From a virus, in IMG/VR virus record IMGVR_UViG_3300005518_000005: 53,650 nucleotides of DNA, one strand, 5' to 3'. Shown in pieces: positions 24,240-32,895 of the stretch (position 1 is its first letter; each line of letters opens with the position of its first letter). A model generated the notes under the pieces. The model was not told the DNA's origin, made no database searches, and saw only the letters and a list, made by a program, of their open reading frames with translations. The translations under genes and the position numbers were made by a program.

Positions 24240-24910
24240 GTCGCCACCATGATGTAGTCGCCTGAAATCTCCCCGACCGCCTTGTAGCCGAGGCCGATGA
24301 GGTACTTGACCGCCCCCAGCGGTTGCAAACCGAACTTCACTGGAAAATCGCGTTTCTGCTCGACGATGATCGATGGGCGCCACGTGACGATCGTCTCCTC
24401 GGCGCCGCGCAGCACGAACTCCTCGTAGCCTTCGCAGTCGATCTTCATCGCGTCGACTTCCGTGAACGCGAAGCTGTCGAGCGTACGCATCTCGACATCG
24501 CCCTTGCCCTGCACGAAGCTACCGCCTGTGCTGTACGGGTCGACCTTGATCGCGACCTTGCCGGCGCGATCGCCGAGTGCGTAGGGGTGCAGGTTCACCC
24601 CGCACGTGAAGTCACGATTCGGCGCTTCGATCACGTTCTTCACGAAGCACTCGCGATGGTCCGGCACCGGCTCGAACGCTTCCACGTGTTTGAAGTAGTG
24701 CGCGAAGTTGAAGGACCATGTCCCGACGTGCCCGCCGATGTCGATCACTGTGCGGCGGCGATCGAGGGGGCAATGGTCGAGAAAGCGCATCTGCTTTTTC
24801 CCTTGGTATGCCGCACGTCCGTTGAGCACCATGCGGTTCTTGGGGTCGACCATCCAGTCGATCAGATGTCGCTCGTGATCGGGCCACCACCAGCCATCGG
24901 CTTGTCGCAT
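24236..24910 (-). CDS. FkbM-family methyltransferase
   Basis: Motifs VIDIGGHVGTWS, AFEPVP, YALGDRAGKV, KIDCEGYEEFVLRGA and PSIIVE are typical of Methyltransf_21/FkbM. Confidence 0.75.
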   Translation of the reverse strand: MRQADGWWWPDHERHLIDWMVDPKNRMVLNGRAAYQGKKQMRFLDHCPLDRRRTVIDIGGHVGTWSFNFAHYFKHVEAFEPVPDHRECFVKNVIEAPNRDFTCGVNLHPYALGDRAGKVAIKVDPYSTGGSFVQGKGDVEMRTLDSFAFTEVDAMKIDCEGYEEFVLRGAEETIVTWRPSIIVEQKRDFPVKFGLQPLGAVKYLIGLGYKAVGEISGDYIMVAT

Positions 24911-25294
24911 TCAAAGCTCCTTGAGGTAATCGGCTTGCATCTTCATGATGCCCTCGAGCGAATGGTCTCCATCTGTGTGGAAGAAGTCGATCGACTCGTC
25001 CGGGAACAGCGCCGCGCCGTCGAGCGAGCGTGTGCGGTAGACCGTGACGTGCGGCTTGGTTTTCGCCCAGTCGATCACACCCTGCGCGATGCCGTCCATG
25101 TGCTTCTGGCCGAAGTTGCTGTAGTTGCCTTCCCACGAGTCGACAATGTATTGCGCTTGGATCGACGGGATCGTGGCGAACAGCTTCGATAGGTCTCCGG
25201 CGTACACGCCGACCTCGACGAGCACCTTCGGGTTGACGGAGGCGGCGAGCTTGCGCGTGGCTTCGCGGTAGGTGGCGGCGTTGCAGGGTTTCAA
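24911..25294 (-). CDS. Class I SAM methyltransferase fragment-like (Methyltransf_24/CmcI-like), start uncertain
   Basis: VLVEVGVYAGDLS and IDFFHTDGDHSLEG are present. The only coupled start is TTG 25294 (TTGA overlap). The product is short (127 aa) and seems C-terminally truncated. Confidence 0.5.
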   Translation of the reverse strand: MKPCNAATYREATRKLAASVNPKVLVEVGVYAGDLSKLFATIPSIQAQYIVDSWEGNYSNFGQKHMDGIAQGVIDWAKTKPHVTVYRTRSLDGAALFPDESIDFFHTDGDHSLEGIMKMQADYLKEL

Positions 25295-26031
25295 AGCAGT
25301 TTCTCCAAGGCTTCGTGGACTTCGGTGACGGTGATCGCTTCCATCGACGCGCGGCAGCCGGGACAGTTGATGCGACTGCCGCAAGGCTTGCCGGCGTGAC
25401 GGATGTTGACCATCGAGTCGTACCCGGTGATCTCGGGCGAGATGAACTCCGACCACAGCACAACAGCCGGCGTGCCGACCGCCGCGGCGCCGTGGTGCAG
25501 ACCTCCCTCGGTGCCGACGAACGCGCGCGCGACGCTGAGCACCGCGAGCGCGTGGCGGAAGGTGGGGGTGTGGACCTTGAGCACGTGCGCCGGCAGGCTC
25601 TGCTCCGGGCTGCTGACGCACTGCACGAAGTCGTCACGCGTCTTGCTCAACTCCAGCCAGCGCGTCGGCAGCCACGCCTTGTTGGCGTGGCCGTTGGCCT
25701 TGACGTTCGGCTCGATCATGACCTTGCCGCGGAACGGCTCGGCGAATGCGAGCTCCTCGGGCGTGAAGGCGATCTCCGCCGGGGATGGTCGGTAGGGGTT
25801 CCACGTCCACTTGTGCGACGTCTTGGCCCTGATGTAGGGCCGCGCGTGCGGTCCGTTGACCATGCGCAGCACCGGGCGGCCGGCGGCGCGGTGTACGATG
25901 TACGGCAAACCCTCCCACAGCGGCGACCAGCGGGGTCGCCCGTCGATGCCGACGATCAGCACCGGCAGACCGCTGTGTTTGTGCAGCTTGCGCGCGGCGC
26001 CGGAGGCAATCAGCTCGTCGCCCATTCCCAT
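25291..26031 (-). CDS. Glycosyltransferase family 9 (heptosyltransferase-like)
   Basis: Start is ATG 26031 (TGATG overlap). N-terminal MGMGDELIASGAARKL and C-terminal FVGTEGGLHHGAAAVGTPAVVLW match GT9 hallmarks. Confidence 0.7.
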   Translation of the reverse strand: MGMGDELIASGAARKLHKHSGLPVLIVGIDGRPRWSPLWEGLPYIVHRAAGRPVLRMVNGPHARPYIRAKTSHKWTWNPYRPSPAEIAFTPEELAFAEPFRGKVMIEPNVKANGHANKAWLPTRWLELSKTRDDFVQCVSSPEQSLPAHVLKVHTPTFRHALAVLSVARAFVGTEGGLHHGAAAVGTPAVVLWSEFISPEITGYDSMVNIRHAGKPCGSRINCPGCRASMEAITVTEVHEALEKLL

Positions 26032-26549
26032 CAGGGCGTCTCCACGAGATAGATGGTGACTCCCGTGACGGCGTGCCTGTCGAACGTATCGAGCCACCAT
26101 TGCATCGGCTGGATCGTGACGTGCAGGTTCGTGTCAGTGCCAGGGAACGTCTTCTTGGCCGGCCGGCAGCACACGCTCGCCCAGAGGAACCCGCCGGGCT
26201 TGACGTGGCTGTAAAGAGTCTTCACGAACTCGTCGACCGCGTCCTCGGGGATGTGCTCGAGCACATCGCTGCACAGCACCGCGTCGAACTTGCCGTGCGG
26301 CTTTTCGTCGTGCGCGCTGAACGCGGGGTCGTACAGTGTCACGTCGAACCAACGCAAGCCCCAGTCACGGTGGATCTTGTGCTGGTTCCGGTAGGCGTCA
26401 CCCGCGCCGCAGCCATAGTCGAGCACACGCTTGACGCTGTACTGGCGCATCAGCTTCTTGAGCTGGTCGCGGTGCTGGAGCAAAGAGAGACCGCGGAACT
26501 GATCTCCGCCTGCGGCCATCTCTCGATAGAGCGGCGTGAGGTCGGTCAC
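26031..26549 (-). CDS. Class I SAM-dependent methyltransferase
   Basis: GTG 26549 in a GTGA overlap. VLDYGCGAGD (motif I), VLCSDVLEHIP and VKPGGFLW are present. Confidence 0.8.
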   Translation of the reverse strand: MTDLTPLYREMAAGGDQFRGLSLLQHRDQLKKLMRQYSVKRVLDYGCGAGDAYRNQHKIHRDWGLRWFDVTLYDPAFSAHDEKPHGKFDAVLCSDVLEHIPEDAVDEFVKTLYSHVKPGGFLWASVCCRPAKKTFPGTDTNLHVTIQPMQWWLDTFDRHAVTGVTIYLVETP

Positions 26550-27112
26550 GGCTTGACCCTTTCCCAGTACCCCACCCACTCATCGAAGTGCCCGGTCGTC
26601 ACGCGGCCGAGCACGAAGCCGAGGCTCTCCATCACGCGGTCGATGTGGTGCGGTACGTTGAGCGAGCGCTCGTCGATGATCGTCGGGGCGAACTTCGGCG
26701 GCAGGCGCAGCACGACGAGCTCACGCGCCGCGGCAGCCAGCCGGCGGCATGCTGCGCTCGGGTCGCGCAGCTTGTGCAGCAGCGCCAACGCGATCACGAT
26801 GTCGTACTCGCGCACCGGCTTGTAGACGTTCGCGTCCGCGACCTCCAGCGTCACGGCGCGCGGGCCGCGCAGCTTGTTGCCCACCGCCACGTGCTCGATC
26901 ACGATCTCCAGGCCGTGCACAGCCTTGGCGCCCGCGTCGAACAGGTGCATGCCGATCAGGCCCTCGGCCGCGCCGACGTCGAGCACCGTCTTGCCGGGCA
27001 CGCGCTCGATCAGGTGGTCGAGGCCCTTGAGCTGGTCCTCGAGCCGCCGATCCCCGGGGCGCCCCGGGGTCGAGAACCATCCGCGTCTTACTTGCTGTTG
27101 AGTGCTGCCCAC
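26546..27112 (-). CDS. Class I SAM-dependent methyltransferase
   Basis: VLDVGAAEGLIG (motif I) and YDIVIALALLHKL are present. GTG 27112 overlaps the upstream gene by 25 nt, so the start is uncertain. Confidence 0.65.
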   Translation of the reverse strand: MGSTQQQVRRGWFSTPGRPGDRRLEDQLKGLDHLIERVPGKTVLDVGAAEGLIGMHLFDAGAKAVHGLEIVIEHVAVGNKLRGPRAVTLEVADANVYKPVREYDIVIALALLHKLRDPSAACRRLAAAARELVVLRLPPKFAPTIIDERSLNVPHHIDRVMESLGFVLGRVTTGHFDEWVGYWERVKP

Positions 27113-27831
27113 GCTTTGCCGCTCCTGAATTCCTCGAGGGTGAATTGGTGGTCCGCCAAGACCTCCGCGAATTGTCGCCGCTCGGCGATGCTCGCGATCT
27201 GCGGGTCGAGCACATTTCCTTGATGGAACTCGCCGCCGATCCAGTGCGCCGCCGCCGTGTCGCTGACGCTGATCGCCGGGACACCTTCGAGCAGCGCCGT
27301 GATCGCCGCAGCCGAGGAGTACGTCACGACCAGCCGGGCGCGCGAGAGCAGCGCCGCGAAGGCCTCGCCGCGGGCAATCTTGTCACGCTGCCACGGGTGC
27401 ACGTGGACGTACGGGCAGCCCATGCCTTCGAGCCGGCGCGCGGTGACGGCGGCCCAGTCACCGACGTAGCCGGTCGACTTCATGAATTGGTCGGACTGAG
27501 GCACGACGATCGTCAGGCTGCCGGGCACCATGCGCTCACGCACGGGAATGCCGAGCTTCGCGAAGCGCTTGCCGTCGCTGGCCTTGTCGCGCGGATCGGC
27601 CTGCAGCGCGTTCTTTGTGACGCGGAAGTAGAGACCGCGGTGCTTGTCGAAGTAGCTGTTGTCGCAAAAGTACCAAGGTTCGCCGCTGAGTTTTGCTTTG
27701 CGGAAAGCTTCCATCTGACCTTCCACCCCGAAAAACACTGCACCTTTGGCGTCGGGATGGGCGCCCGCTGCGAATGCGCGACATATCAGGTCGCTTTTCG
27801 CTTTGGCGGGAATCGGATAGCACTTCAGCAT
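27088..27831 (-). CDS. GT-B-type glycosyltransferase, capsule KpsS/KpsC-like (putative)
   Basis: Start is ATG 27831 (MLKCYPIP..). LTIVVPQSDQ, VHVHPWQRD and TYSSAAAITALLEGVPAI resemble Capsule_synth-type signatures (from memory). Confidence 0.5.
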   Translation of the reverse strand: MLKCYPIPAKAKSDLICRAFAAGAHPDAKGAVFFGVEGQMEAFRKAKLSGEPWYFCDNSYFDKHRGLYFRVTKNALQADPRDKASDGKRFAKLGIPVRERMVPGSLTIVVPQSDQFMKSTGYVGDWAAVTARRLEGMGCPYVHVHPWQRDKIARGEAFAALLSRARLVVTYSSAAAITALLEGVPAISVSDTAAAHWIGGEFHQGNVLDPQIASIAERRQFAEVLADHQFTLEEFRSGKAWAALNSK

Positions 27832-28022
27832 TGCGTGGCCTTTCGTGCTTTCGCGCCTTTCATGCGCTCGCGCATCTCGGCTGCGAGTTTCGGGTCTGAC
27901 CAAATCCGCGTCATGCGCGCCGAGGCAGCTGCGCGAGCTTGTGGGCTGCGAGCGGCGTTGAGCATCAACTCTCGTCGAGCCGCCATCTGCGCGGGGTCGC
28001 TTGCGTAACGCTTCAGCGCCAT
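27825..28022 (-). CDS. Small Arg/Ala-rich helical protein (65 aa)
   Basis: ATG 28022. It overlaps both neighbours (10 nt upstream, 7 nt downstream), which suggests translational coupling. Confidence 0.5.
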   Translation of the reverse strand: MALKRYASDPAQMAARRELMLNAARSPQARAAASARMTRIWSDPKLAAEMRERMKGAKARKATQC

Positions 28023-28819
28023 GTCGGCATCTCCAAGCGGTGCGTGAGGAGCCGGGCGAAGGGCTCGCCGCTGGCAATTTCCTCGTGGTGCCACTGCCCA
28101 TGCGCCATGTGCTGCAGCGCTACCAGCCGGGCTGCGTCGTCACGCTTGGCGACGGTGAACTTACTGAATAACGCCGCACCCTCGGCGCAAATCCAATGCG
28201 GCGCGGCGTACCAGACCGGCACGCCCTCGACGAGCGCGCGCACGCCGATCGCGCTTGACCAGATCACGCACGCGTCGGCATTCTTGAGCGCCGCGGCGTC
28301 CAGCGTGAACTTGTTCTTGTCGCCGGGGTGGGGGATGAGTCGCACGGGCTTGTTGCCGACCCAGCCCCGAATCTGCGCCGCGGCTTTGCGCCCCCATGCC
28401 GGCGGGCTTGCCATCAGCTTCGAGCCGATGCCGCGCTGCTCGCGGATCACGATCTCGCGACCGTGCTCGCCGACCGGGCGCCACGGCTTGACCTCGAAGC
28501 CCAGCCTCGCGAAGCGGTCCTCGTCGCCGACCGGAAAATAGCCCGACCCGTTGTGGCCGTGCACGCTGATCGCGTAATAGGTCTTGTCGGTCTTCGCGAG
28601 GTACCCGTTCTCCGCGATCACGACCGTCCCGCCGGCACGTTCCCAGGCGTCGGCGCGGTTCTCGTCGCTGCCGGCTTTCTTGTTCCAGAGGACCAAGAAG
28701 TCGCCGGGGCTTTGCGGCCGAGCGTCTTGCGTGAGCGTGAACCCGACGCGCTTCAAGCCCTGCTCGAACGCAGCGCGGCGGTAGACCGGCTCCTTGCGAA
28801 TCTCGAGGACGGCTCTCAC
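28013..28819 (-). CDS. GT-B-type glycosyltransferase, capsule KpsS/KpsC-like (putative)
   Basis: GTG 28819 in a GTGA overlap. KPVRLIPHPGDKN and IWSSAIGVRALVEGVPV are present. It looks like a paralogue of 27088..27831. Confidence 0.5.
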   Translation of the reverse strand: MRAVLEIRKEPVYRRAAFEQGLKRVGFTLTQDARPQSPGDFLVLWNKKAGSDENRADAWERAGGTVVIAENGYLAKTDKTYYAISVHGHNGSGYFPVGDEDRFARLGFEVKPWRPVGEHGREIVIREQRGIGSKLMASPPAWGRKAAAQIRGWVGNKPVRLIPHPGDKNKFTLDAAALKNADACVIWSSAIGVRALVEGVPVWYAAPHWICAEGAALFSKFTVAKRDDAARLVALQHMAHGQWHHEEIASGEPFARLLTHRLEMPTWR

Positions 28820-29400
28820 AACACGTCCTCCAGCTTGACCCGCGGCCAGCAGTGCAGCGCCGTGGTCGTTGTTGCGTTGAGCACCTCACACCCGGCATTC
28901 GCGAGATCGGTCGCAAACCGCGTGCTCTTGTGCAGCCACTCGTCGAAGGTCTGCGCCTGCACCATCGGTTTCGGATGATCGGGGTGGTGATGCCGCTCGC
29001 CGTTCGGGCCCAGACCCATGTCGAATCCGAGGAGCACGATCCGGCGGTAGCCGAAGAAGAACGCGAGGTTGATCGCCTGCATGCCGCTGTTGCCGTTCAG
29101 ATGAATCTTGCCGTCGCGGCCGAGGCCTTCGCGGTTCGCCCCGCGCACACGCTTGAGCTTCGGCCAGCGCGCGCAGCTCGTCGCGTCCTGCGTCCAGACC
29201 TCGCCCTTGAACGTGCGCACGATGTCGGCCATGTAGGTCTTCCCAAAAAGGTAGTCCCCGAAATACAAAATATCGGCTGTAGGCGCCTTCTGGTAGGTCG
29301 CGTTCACGACGATCGTCTTGTGCTTGCTTGCCAAAGCCTTATCGATCTGGTCTTGCGTGAGGCTCGGACCGCTTGCAAGGATGATGGCGGTCGGCTTCAT
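28816..29400 (-). CDS. DUF115 / MAF_flag10-like (MptE-like) putative glycosyltransferase
   Basis: MKPTAIILASGPSL.., IVVNATY.., LNGNSGMQAINLAFFFGYRRIVLLGFDM. ATGA overlap with the upstream HEG stop. Confidence 0.55.
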   Translation of the reverse strand: MKPTAIILASGPSLTQDQIDKALASKHKTIVVNATYQKAPTADILYFGDYLFGKTYMADIVRTFKGEVWTQDATSCARWPKLKRVRGANREGLGRDGKIHLNGNSGMQAINLAFFFGYRRIVLLGFDMGLGPNGERHHHPDHPKPMVQAQTFDEWLHKSTRFATDLANAGCEVLNATTTTALHCWPRVKLEDVL

Positions 29401-29969
29401 GCGTGCGTGAAGAACTTAGTTTCGCCCGCTTTCCGGGCCTTGATGGCTGCGGTTAATGTTGCGTGGCGCCCGAGGTGCCGTCGCTTGCCTTCGTGGTTCA
29501 GGTAGGCTTGCCAAAGCCCGCGCGTAGCGTCGAAGTGAACACCCTTCACGCCGCTTTTGCTGTGCTTACGTACGGCTACGTTCTCCGCGTTCTGCTTGTG
29601 CGTAGCGGGGCGCAGATTAAGCCATCTGTTGTTCGTTTTGTCGCGGTCTTCGTGGTCAACCTCGTCTTTCGGCCACTTCCCTGTCATGTAGAACCAAGCA
29701 AGACGATGCGCTAATTGAGGCTTCGCGTCGACGTTGATTTGCCAGTAACCCTTGTTATGACGGCTACCGGCAGGCTTATCGAGCCGACGCTTCTTGGCAC
29801 GTTCAAGCCACCAGAACAACCCCGTTTCAGGGTCGTACCGAAGCGCTTCCAGAAGTCGACGGTGCGTCAGCACATTGGTACCTTCTTTGTGACCGCTCGC
29901 GAGTGCAACGTCGATCTGTGCCTGCGTCAGGCTGGGGCCACTCGCGAGGACGACTGCCGTGGGTTTCAT
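29397..29969 (-). CDS. HNH-AP2 homing endonuclease fused to a diverged copy of the neighbour N-terminus (start ATG 29969; alternative TTG 30005)
   Basis: DHEDRDKTNNRWLNLRPATHKQNAEN matches HNH_3. GVHFDATRGLWQAYLNHEGKRRHLGRHATLTAAIKAR matches AP2. The first 28 aa, MKPTAVVLASGPSLTQAQIDVALASGHK, mirror the start of 28816..29400. Confidence 0.7.
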   Translation of the reverse strand: MKPTAVVLASGPSLTQAQIDVALASGHKEGTNVLTHRRLLEALRYDPETGLFWWLERAKKRRLDKPAGSRHNKGYWQINVDAKPQLAHRLAWFYMTGKWPKDEVDHEDRDKTNNRWLNLRPATHKQNAENVAVRKHSKSGVKGVHFDATRGLWQAYLNHEGKRRHLGRHATLTAAIKARKAGETKFFTHA

Positions 29970-29982
29970 CGCGGCGATGGTA

Positions 29983-30477
29983 TCAGTTGTTACCTCCGCC
30001 AGCAAGGTAGTCTTTGTGCGGGATCTTCTTGCCGCGCACGTTGAAGCCCCAGCCTTGGCGGTAGGGACCCGTGATGAACAGCGTCCAGCAGTCCTTGCCC
30101 GGCGGCAAGTCCAAGCGATGCCACGAGCCGGCCGGACGGTAGAGAACCGATCCGGGGCCGTGCCAGCGACGCGAGACGCACAGGCCCTCGGCGTCGTAGC
30201 GCTCCTCCCAGTACCCGCCGAACAGCACGACGGTCAGATACGGCCACGGGTGGTCGTGGGGATCGCGCCCGTGATCGCTGCGCAGGATCTGGTGGATGCG
30301 TGCGGCGATGCCGCAGAACTGGAGCAGCTTGGCGATCGGGCGCCTCCGCGGCATGGGGCCGCACCCAGCACCGAGCTGAGCATTCCGATACGGCACCAGC
30401 CAAAAGCGCTGCATGTATCCGTCCAAGTGAAAGTACGGTGTGCGCTGCGCGCGGCGGATCAGGTACTCGCGGATCAT
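29983..30477 (-). CDS. Hypothetical protein (164 aa, HDHPW motif)
   Basis: ATGA overlap with the helicase stop. YMQRFWLVP.. and RSDHGRDPHDHPWPYLTVVLFGGYWEE are present. A recurrent phage family of unknown function. Confidence 0.7.
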   Translation of the reverse strand: MIREYLIRRAQRTPYFHLDGYMQRFWLVPYRNAQLGAGCGPMPRRRPIAKLLQFCGIAARIHQILRSDHGRDPHDHPWPYLTVVLFGGYWEERYDAEGLCVSRRWHGPGSVLYRPAGSWHRLDLPPGKDCWTLFITGPYRQGWGFNVRGKKIPHKDYLAGGGNN

Positions 30478-31916
30478 GCCTCTACCCCTCGTTTCGTCGC
30501 CTCTATCAGAAGATCTTGCACACTGCGCTTGGTCTCGTGGCGCAACAGCACCAGCTCATCGATCGTGCCCTTAGCGACGATGTCGTACACCCACACCGGC
30601 CGCTCAAGCCCGGCCTGCATCTGGCGCGTCGGGCCGATGCGCTCGATCGCCTGCTGACGCAGCTCCAGATCCCAAGATGTGTTGAAGAACACCGCAATGT
30701 TCGTCACATGCTGGAAGCCGTCGATGCCGTGGCCCGCGCTCTTGGGGTGGGCCAAGAGCATGTCGATCTTGCCTGCCTTGAAATCGTCCTCATCCTGTTC
30801 GCTCTTGAGCACGCGCGCCTTGGGGAACAGTTTTTGGATGCGAGGTACGTCGCTCTTGAAGCTATAAAACACGAGCAGCGGCATACCCTCAGCCTCCTCG
30901 ACGATGCTCGCCAACGCCTCAAGCTTGGCGTCATGCACGACCTTGTAGGCGCGGGCGCGCGGGTCCTCGTCGTTGAGGACGTCAGGGTCTAGGTACGCCG
31001 CGCCGCCGGCAAGCTGCAAGAGCTTGGTCGACTTGGAGGCGGCGTTGAACGCCTCGATCTCGTGGTTCTCCAAGCGGATGAAGAAGTCACGCTCCATTTG
31101 CCGATAGAGCTTCATCGCCGGCTCAGGCAACTCGACCTCGATCACGCGCTTGATCGGGTCCTTGAGGTCGAACCAGTCCCGCGCGTCGATCGATAGGCAG
31201 AGATCCTTGACGAGGTCGTGGATCTCGGTATGCGCGTTCGGCAGAATGATCGGCTGGATGTGAGTCTTGTGCGCATTCACCGCGTCACGCACACGCTTGA
31301 ACGCGAACCAGCGGTTCTCGAACGACTCGTAGGTCAGTCCCAGCCGCTTGCCTCGGTCCAGGAAATAGAGCTGGCCCCAGAGTCCCTTGAGGCCGTTGGG
31401 CGACGGCGTGCCGGTAAGCTCGATGAAGTGCCGGATGCGGTCGTGCCACGCGAGCTCGTGCAGTGCGCGGGTCATTGCGCCGCCCTGCTTGACGCGGAAG
31501 GCGTGCAGCTTGCGTGACTCGTCGGAGATGACCGTGCGGAACGGCATGTACCCGGCGTGCTTCAGGTAGGTTATGAGCCAAGGCACAACGTCGTAGTTCA
31601 TGCTGTAGATGTGCGCCGGCCGCTTGAGCGCGGCCTCTCGCTCGGCCTGGGTGCCCACGACCCGGCTGATCTCCAGATGCGCCGTGTGGTGCCACTTGCG
31701 GGTTTCATCGCTCCAGACTTTGCGCGCCACGCGCAGTGGCCCGAGCGCGAGTGCCGGCCACGCGTCACCGCGGAGCATGTCGATCTGGTCGAGCGCCGTC
31801 AGAGTCATGGAGGTCTTCCCAAGCCCCATGCCAGCCCACAGCGCGCAGCGCCGATGCTCGACGATGTGGTCGATGCCGAGCGGCTGCCACGGCCTGGGGT
31901 GGTATGCCTGAGTCAT
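30474..31916 (-). CDS. SNF2-family DNA helicase
   Basis: LWAGMGLGKT (motif I), VISDESRKLHAF (motif II) and LLAHPKSAGHGIDGFQ (helicase C) are present. 480 aa. Confidence 0.85.
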   Translation of the reverse strand: MTQAYHPRPWQPLGIDHIVEHRRCALWAGMGLGKTSMTLTALDQIDMLRGDAWPALALGPLRVARKVWSDETRKWHHTAHLEISRVVGTQAEREAALKRPAHIYSMNYDVVPWLITYLKHAGYMPFRTVISDESRKLHAFRVKQGGAMTRALHELAWHDRIRHFIELTGTPSPNGLKGLWGQLYFLDRGKRLGLTYESFENRWFAFKRVRDAVNAHKTHIQPIILPNAHTEIHDLVKDLCLSIDARDWFDLKDPIKRVIEVELPEPAMKLYRQMERDFFIRLENHEIEAFNAASKSTKLLQLAGGAAYLDPDVLNDEDPRARAYKVVHDAKLEALASIVEEAEGMPLLVFYSFKSDVPRIQKLFPKARVLKSEQDEDDFKAGKIDMLLAHPKSAGHGIDGFQHVTNIAVFFNTSWDLELRQQAIERIGPTRQMQAGLERPVWVYDIVAKGTIDELVLLRHETKRSVQDLLIEATKRGVEA

Positions 31917-32128
31917 TCACGTCCCAAGCTCAATTCGATTTCACGCTGCAGCTCACGCTCGAGGGCTCGCTCAGCGTACTCCTGCCGCTCAGGGGTGTAG
32001 ATGACTGCGGCCTTCGCACGTCCGTCGCCGCAGATGCCGACCACACGATACGCATAGGCGTTGCCATTCGCGTCAGGTAACATCGCGACTCGCTCGAGCG
32101 GTCGGAATGTCACAACAGGGGCAGCCAT
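31913..32128 (-). CDS. Hypothetical protein (71 aa)
   Basis: ATGA-type overlap with the helicase start. Good GC3. Confidence 0.6.
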   Translation of the reverse strand: MAAPVVTFRPLERVAMLPDANGNAYAYRVVGICGDGRAKAAVIYTPERQEYAERALERELQREIELSLGRE

Positions 32129-32379
32129 GTGTCCAACTCCTCGATTGTGGTGATGACGAGCACGGTGCAGCCGGCGGCACGCATGCGCTCGTGCTCGGCG
32201 GCTTGCCGCGCAGTCGCGTCTTTCTTCGGTCGTTTGGTTTCCACGTAGACATGCTCACCGGGCAACATCACGAACACGTCGGGGCAGTGCTTGCGGCCGA
32301 GCCACGCCGCGGCGCGCGTCTCGCCGCCGTAGGCCTTGACCCGCGCGTCGAGCGCCTTGCGGATGTCGTGTTCTTTCAC
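32110..32379 (-). CDS. VRR-NUC domain nuclease
   Basis: GTG 32379 with GAGG 5 nt upstream. The product reads ..DVFVMLPGEHVYVETKRPKKDATARQAAEHERMRAAG... Confidence 0.7.
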   Translation of the reverse strand: MKEHDIRKALDARVKAYGGETRAAAWLGRKHCPDVFVMLPGEHVYVETKRPKKDATARQAAEHERMRAAGCTVLVITTIEELDTWLPLL

Positions 32380-32395
32380 GTTTGCCTCGAAGAGT

Positions 32396-32716
32396 TCAAG
32401 TTGCTCCCTCCTTGGTCTCCTTCGCCCGGCTGCGGATCTGGCGCACGCGGGCCTCGGTGATCTTGAGCTCGCGCGCCAGCTCGGAGGCCGTGAGCACCGA
32501 GGCGAGCACCACCCGGCGGATGTGCCACGCGTGCTTGCGCTGCGCGATGCCGCGGCGGGTGTTGGCGAGCGTGCGGCGATCGAGGTTGCCGGCGAAGACC
32601 TCATAGGTGTCGAACTTATGCTCGTTGAAGCACAGCCGTTGTCGGCGCAGCAACACGTCCTTGTACTTGCGCGTGGCATAGACATGGCTGTCGGCGCCGC
32701 AGCGAGGGCACTTCAC
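32396..32716 (-). CDS. Zinc-ribbon plus HTH putative transcriptional regulator (NrdR-like N-terminus)
   Basis: GTG 32716 in a GTGA overlap. VKCPRCGADSHVYATRKYKDVLLRRQRLCFNEHKFDTYE is followed by LTASELARELKITEARVRQIR. Confidence 0.55.
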   Translation of the reverse strand: MKCPRCGADSHVYATRKYKDVLLRRQRLCFNEHKFDTYEVFAGNLDRRTLANTRRGIAQRKHAWHIRRVVLASVLTASELARELKITEARVRQIRSRAKETKEGAT

Positions 32717-32895
32717 GGCCTGAGCCTCGCCGGCAGCGCGAGGCCGTAGGGCGCTATCAGCTTCTTGTGGCACTTGCGGCAGCGGCACGCGACGTAACCC
32801 TCGCGGTAGGCGTTGTCCGGTACGCGCACGATCTCGCGGATGCTGACCTCGTGCTTGCAGAAGAATTGCCGAAGGCGAAGGAGGAACGTCTTCAT
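32713..32895 (-). CDS. Small Cys-rich (zinc-finger-like) protein
   Basis: ATGA overlap with the upstream gene. 60 aa containing CKH..CRCRKCH. Confidence 0.6.
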   Translation of the reverse strand: MKTFLLRLRQFFCKHEVSIREIVRVPDNAYREGYVACRCRKCHKKLIAPYGLALPARLRP

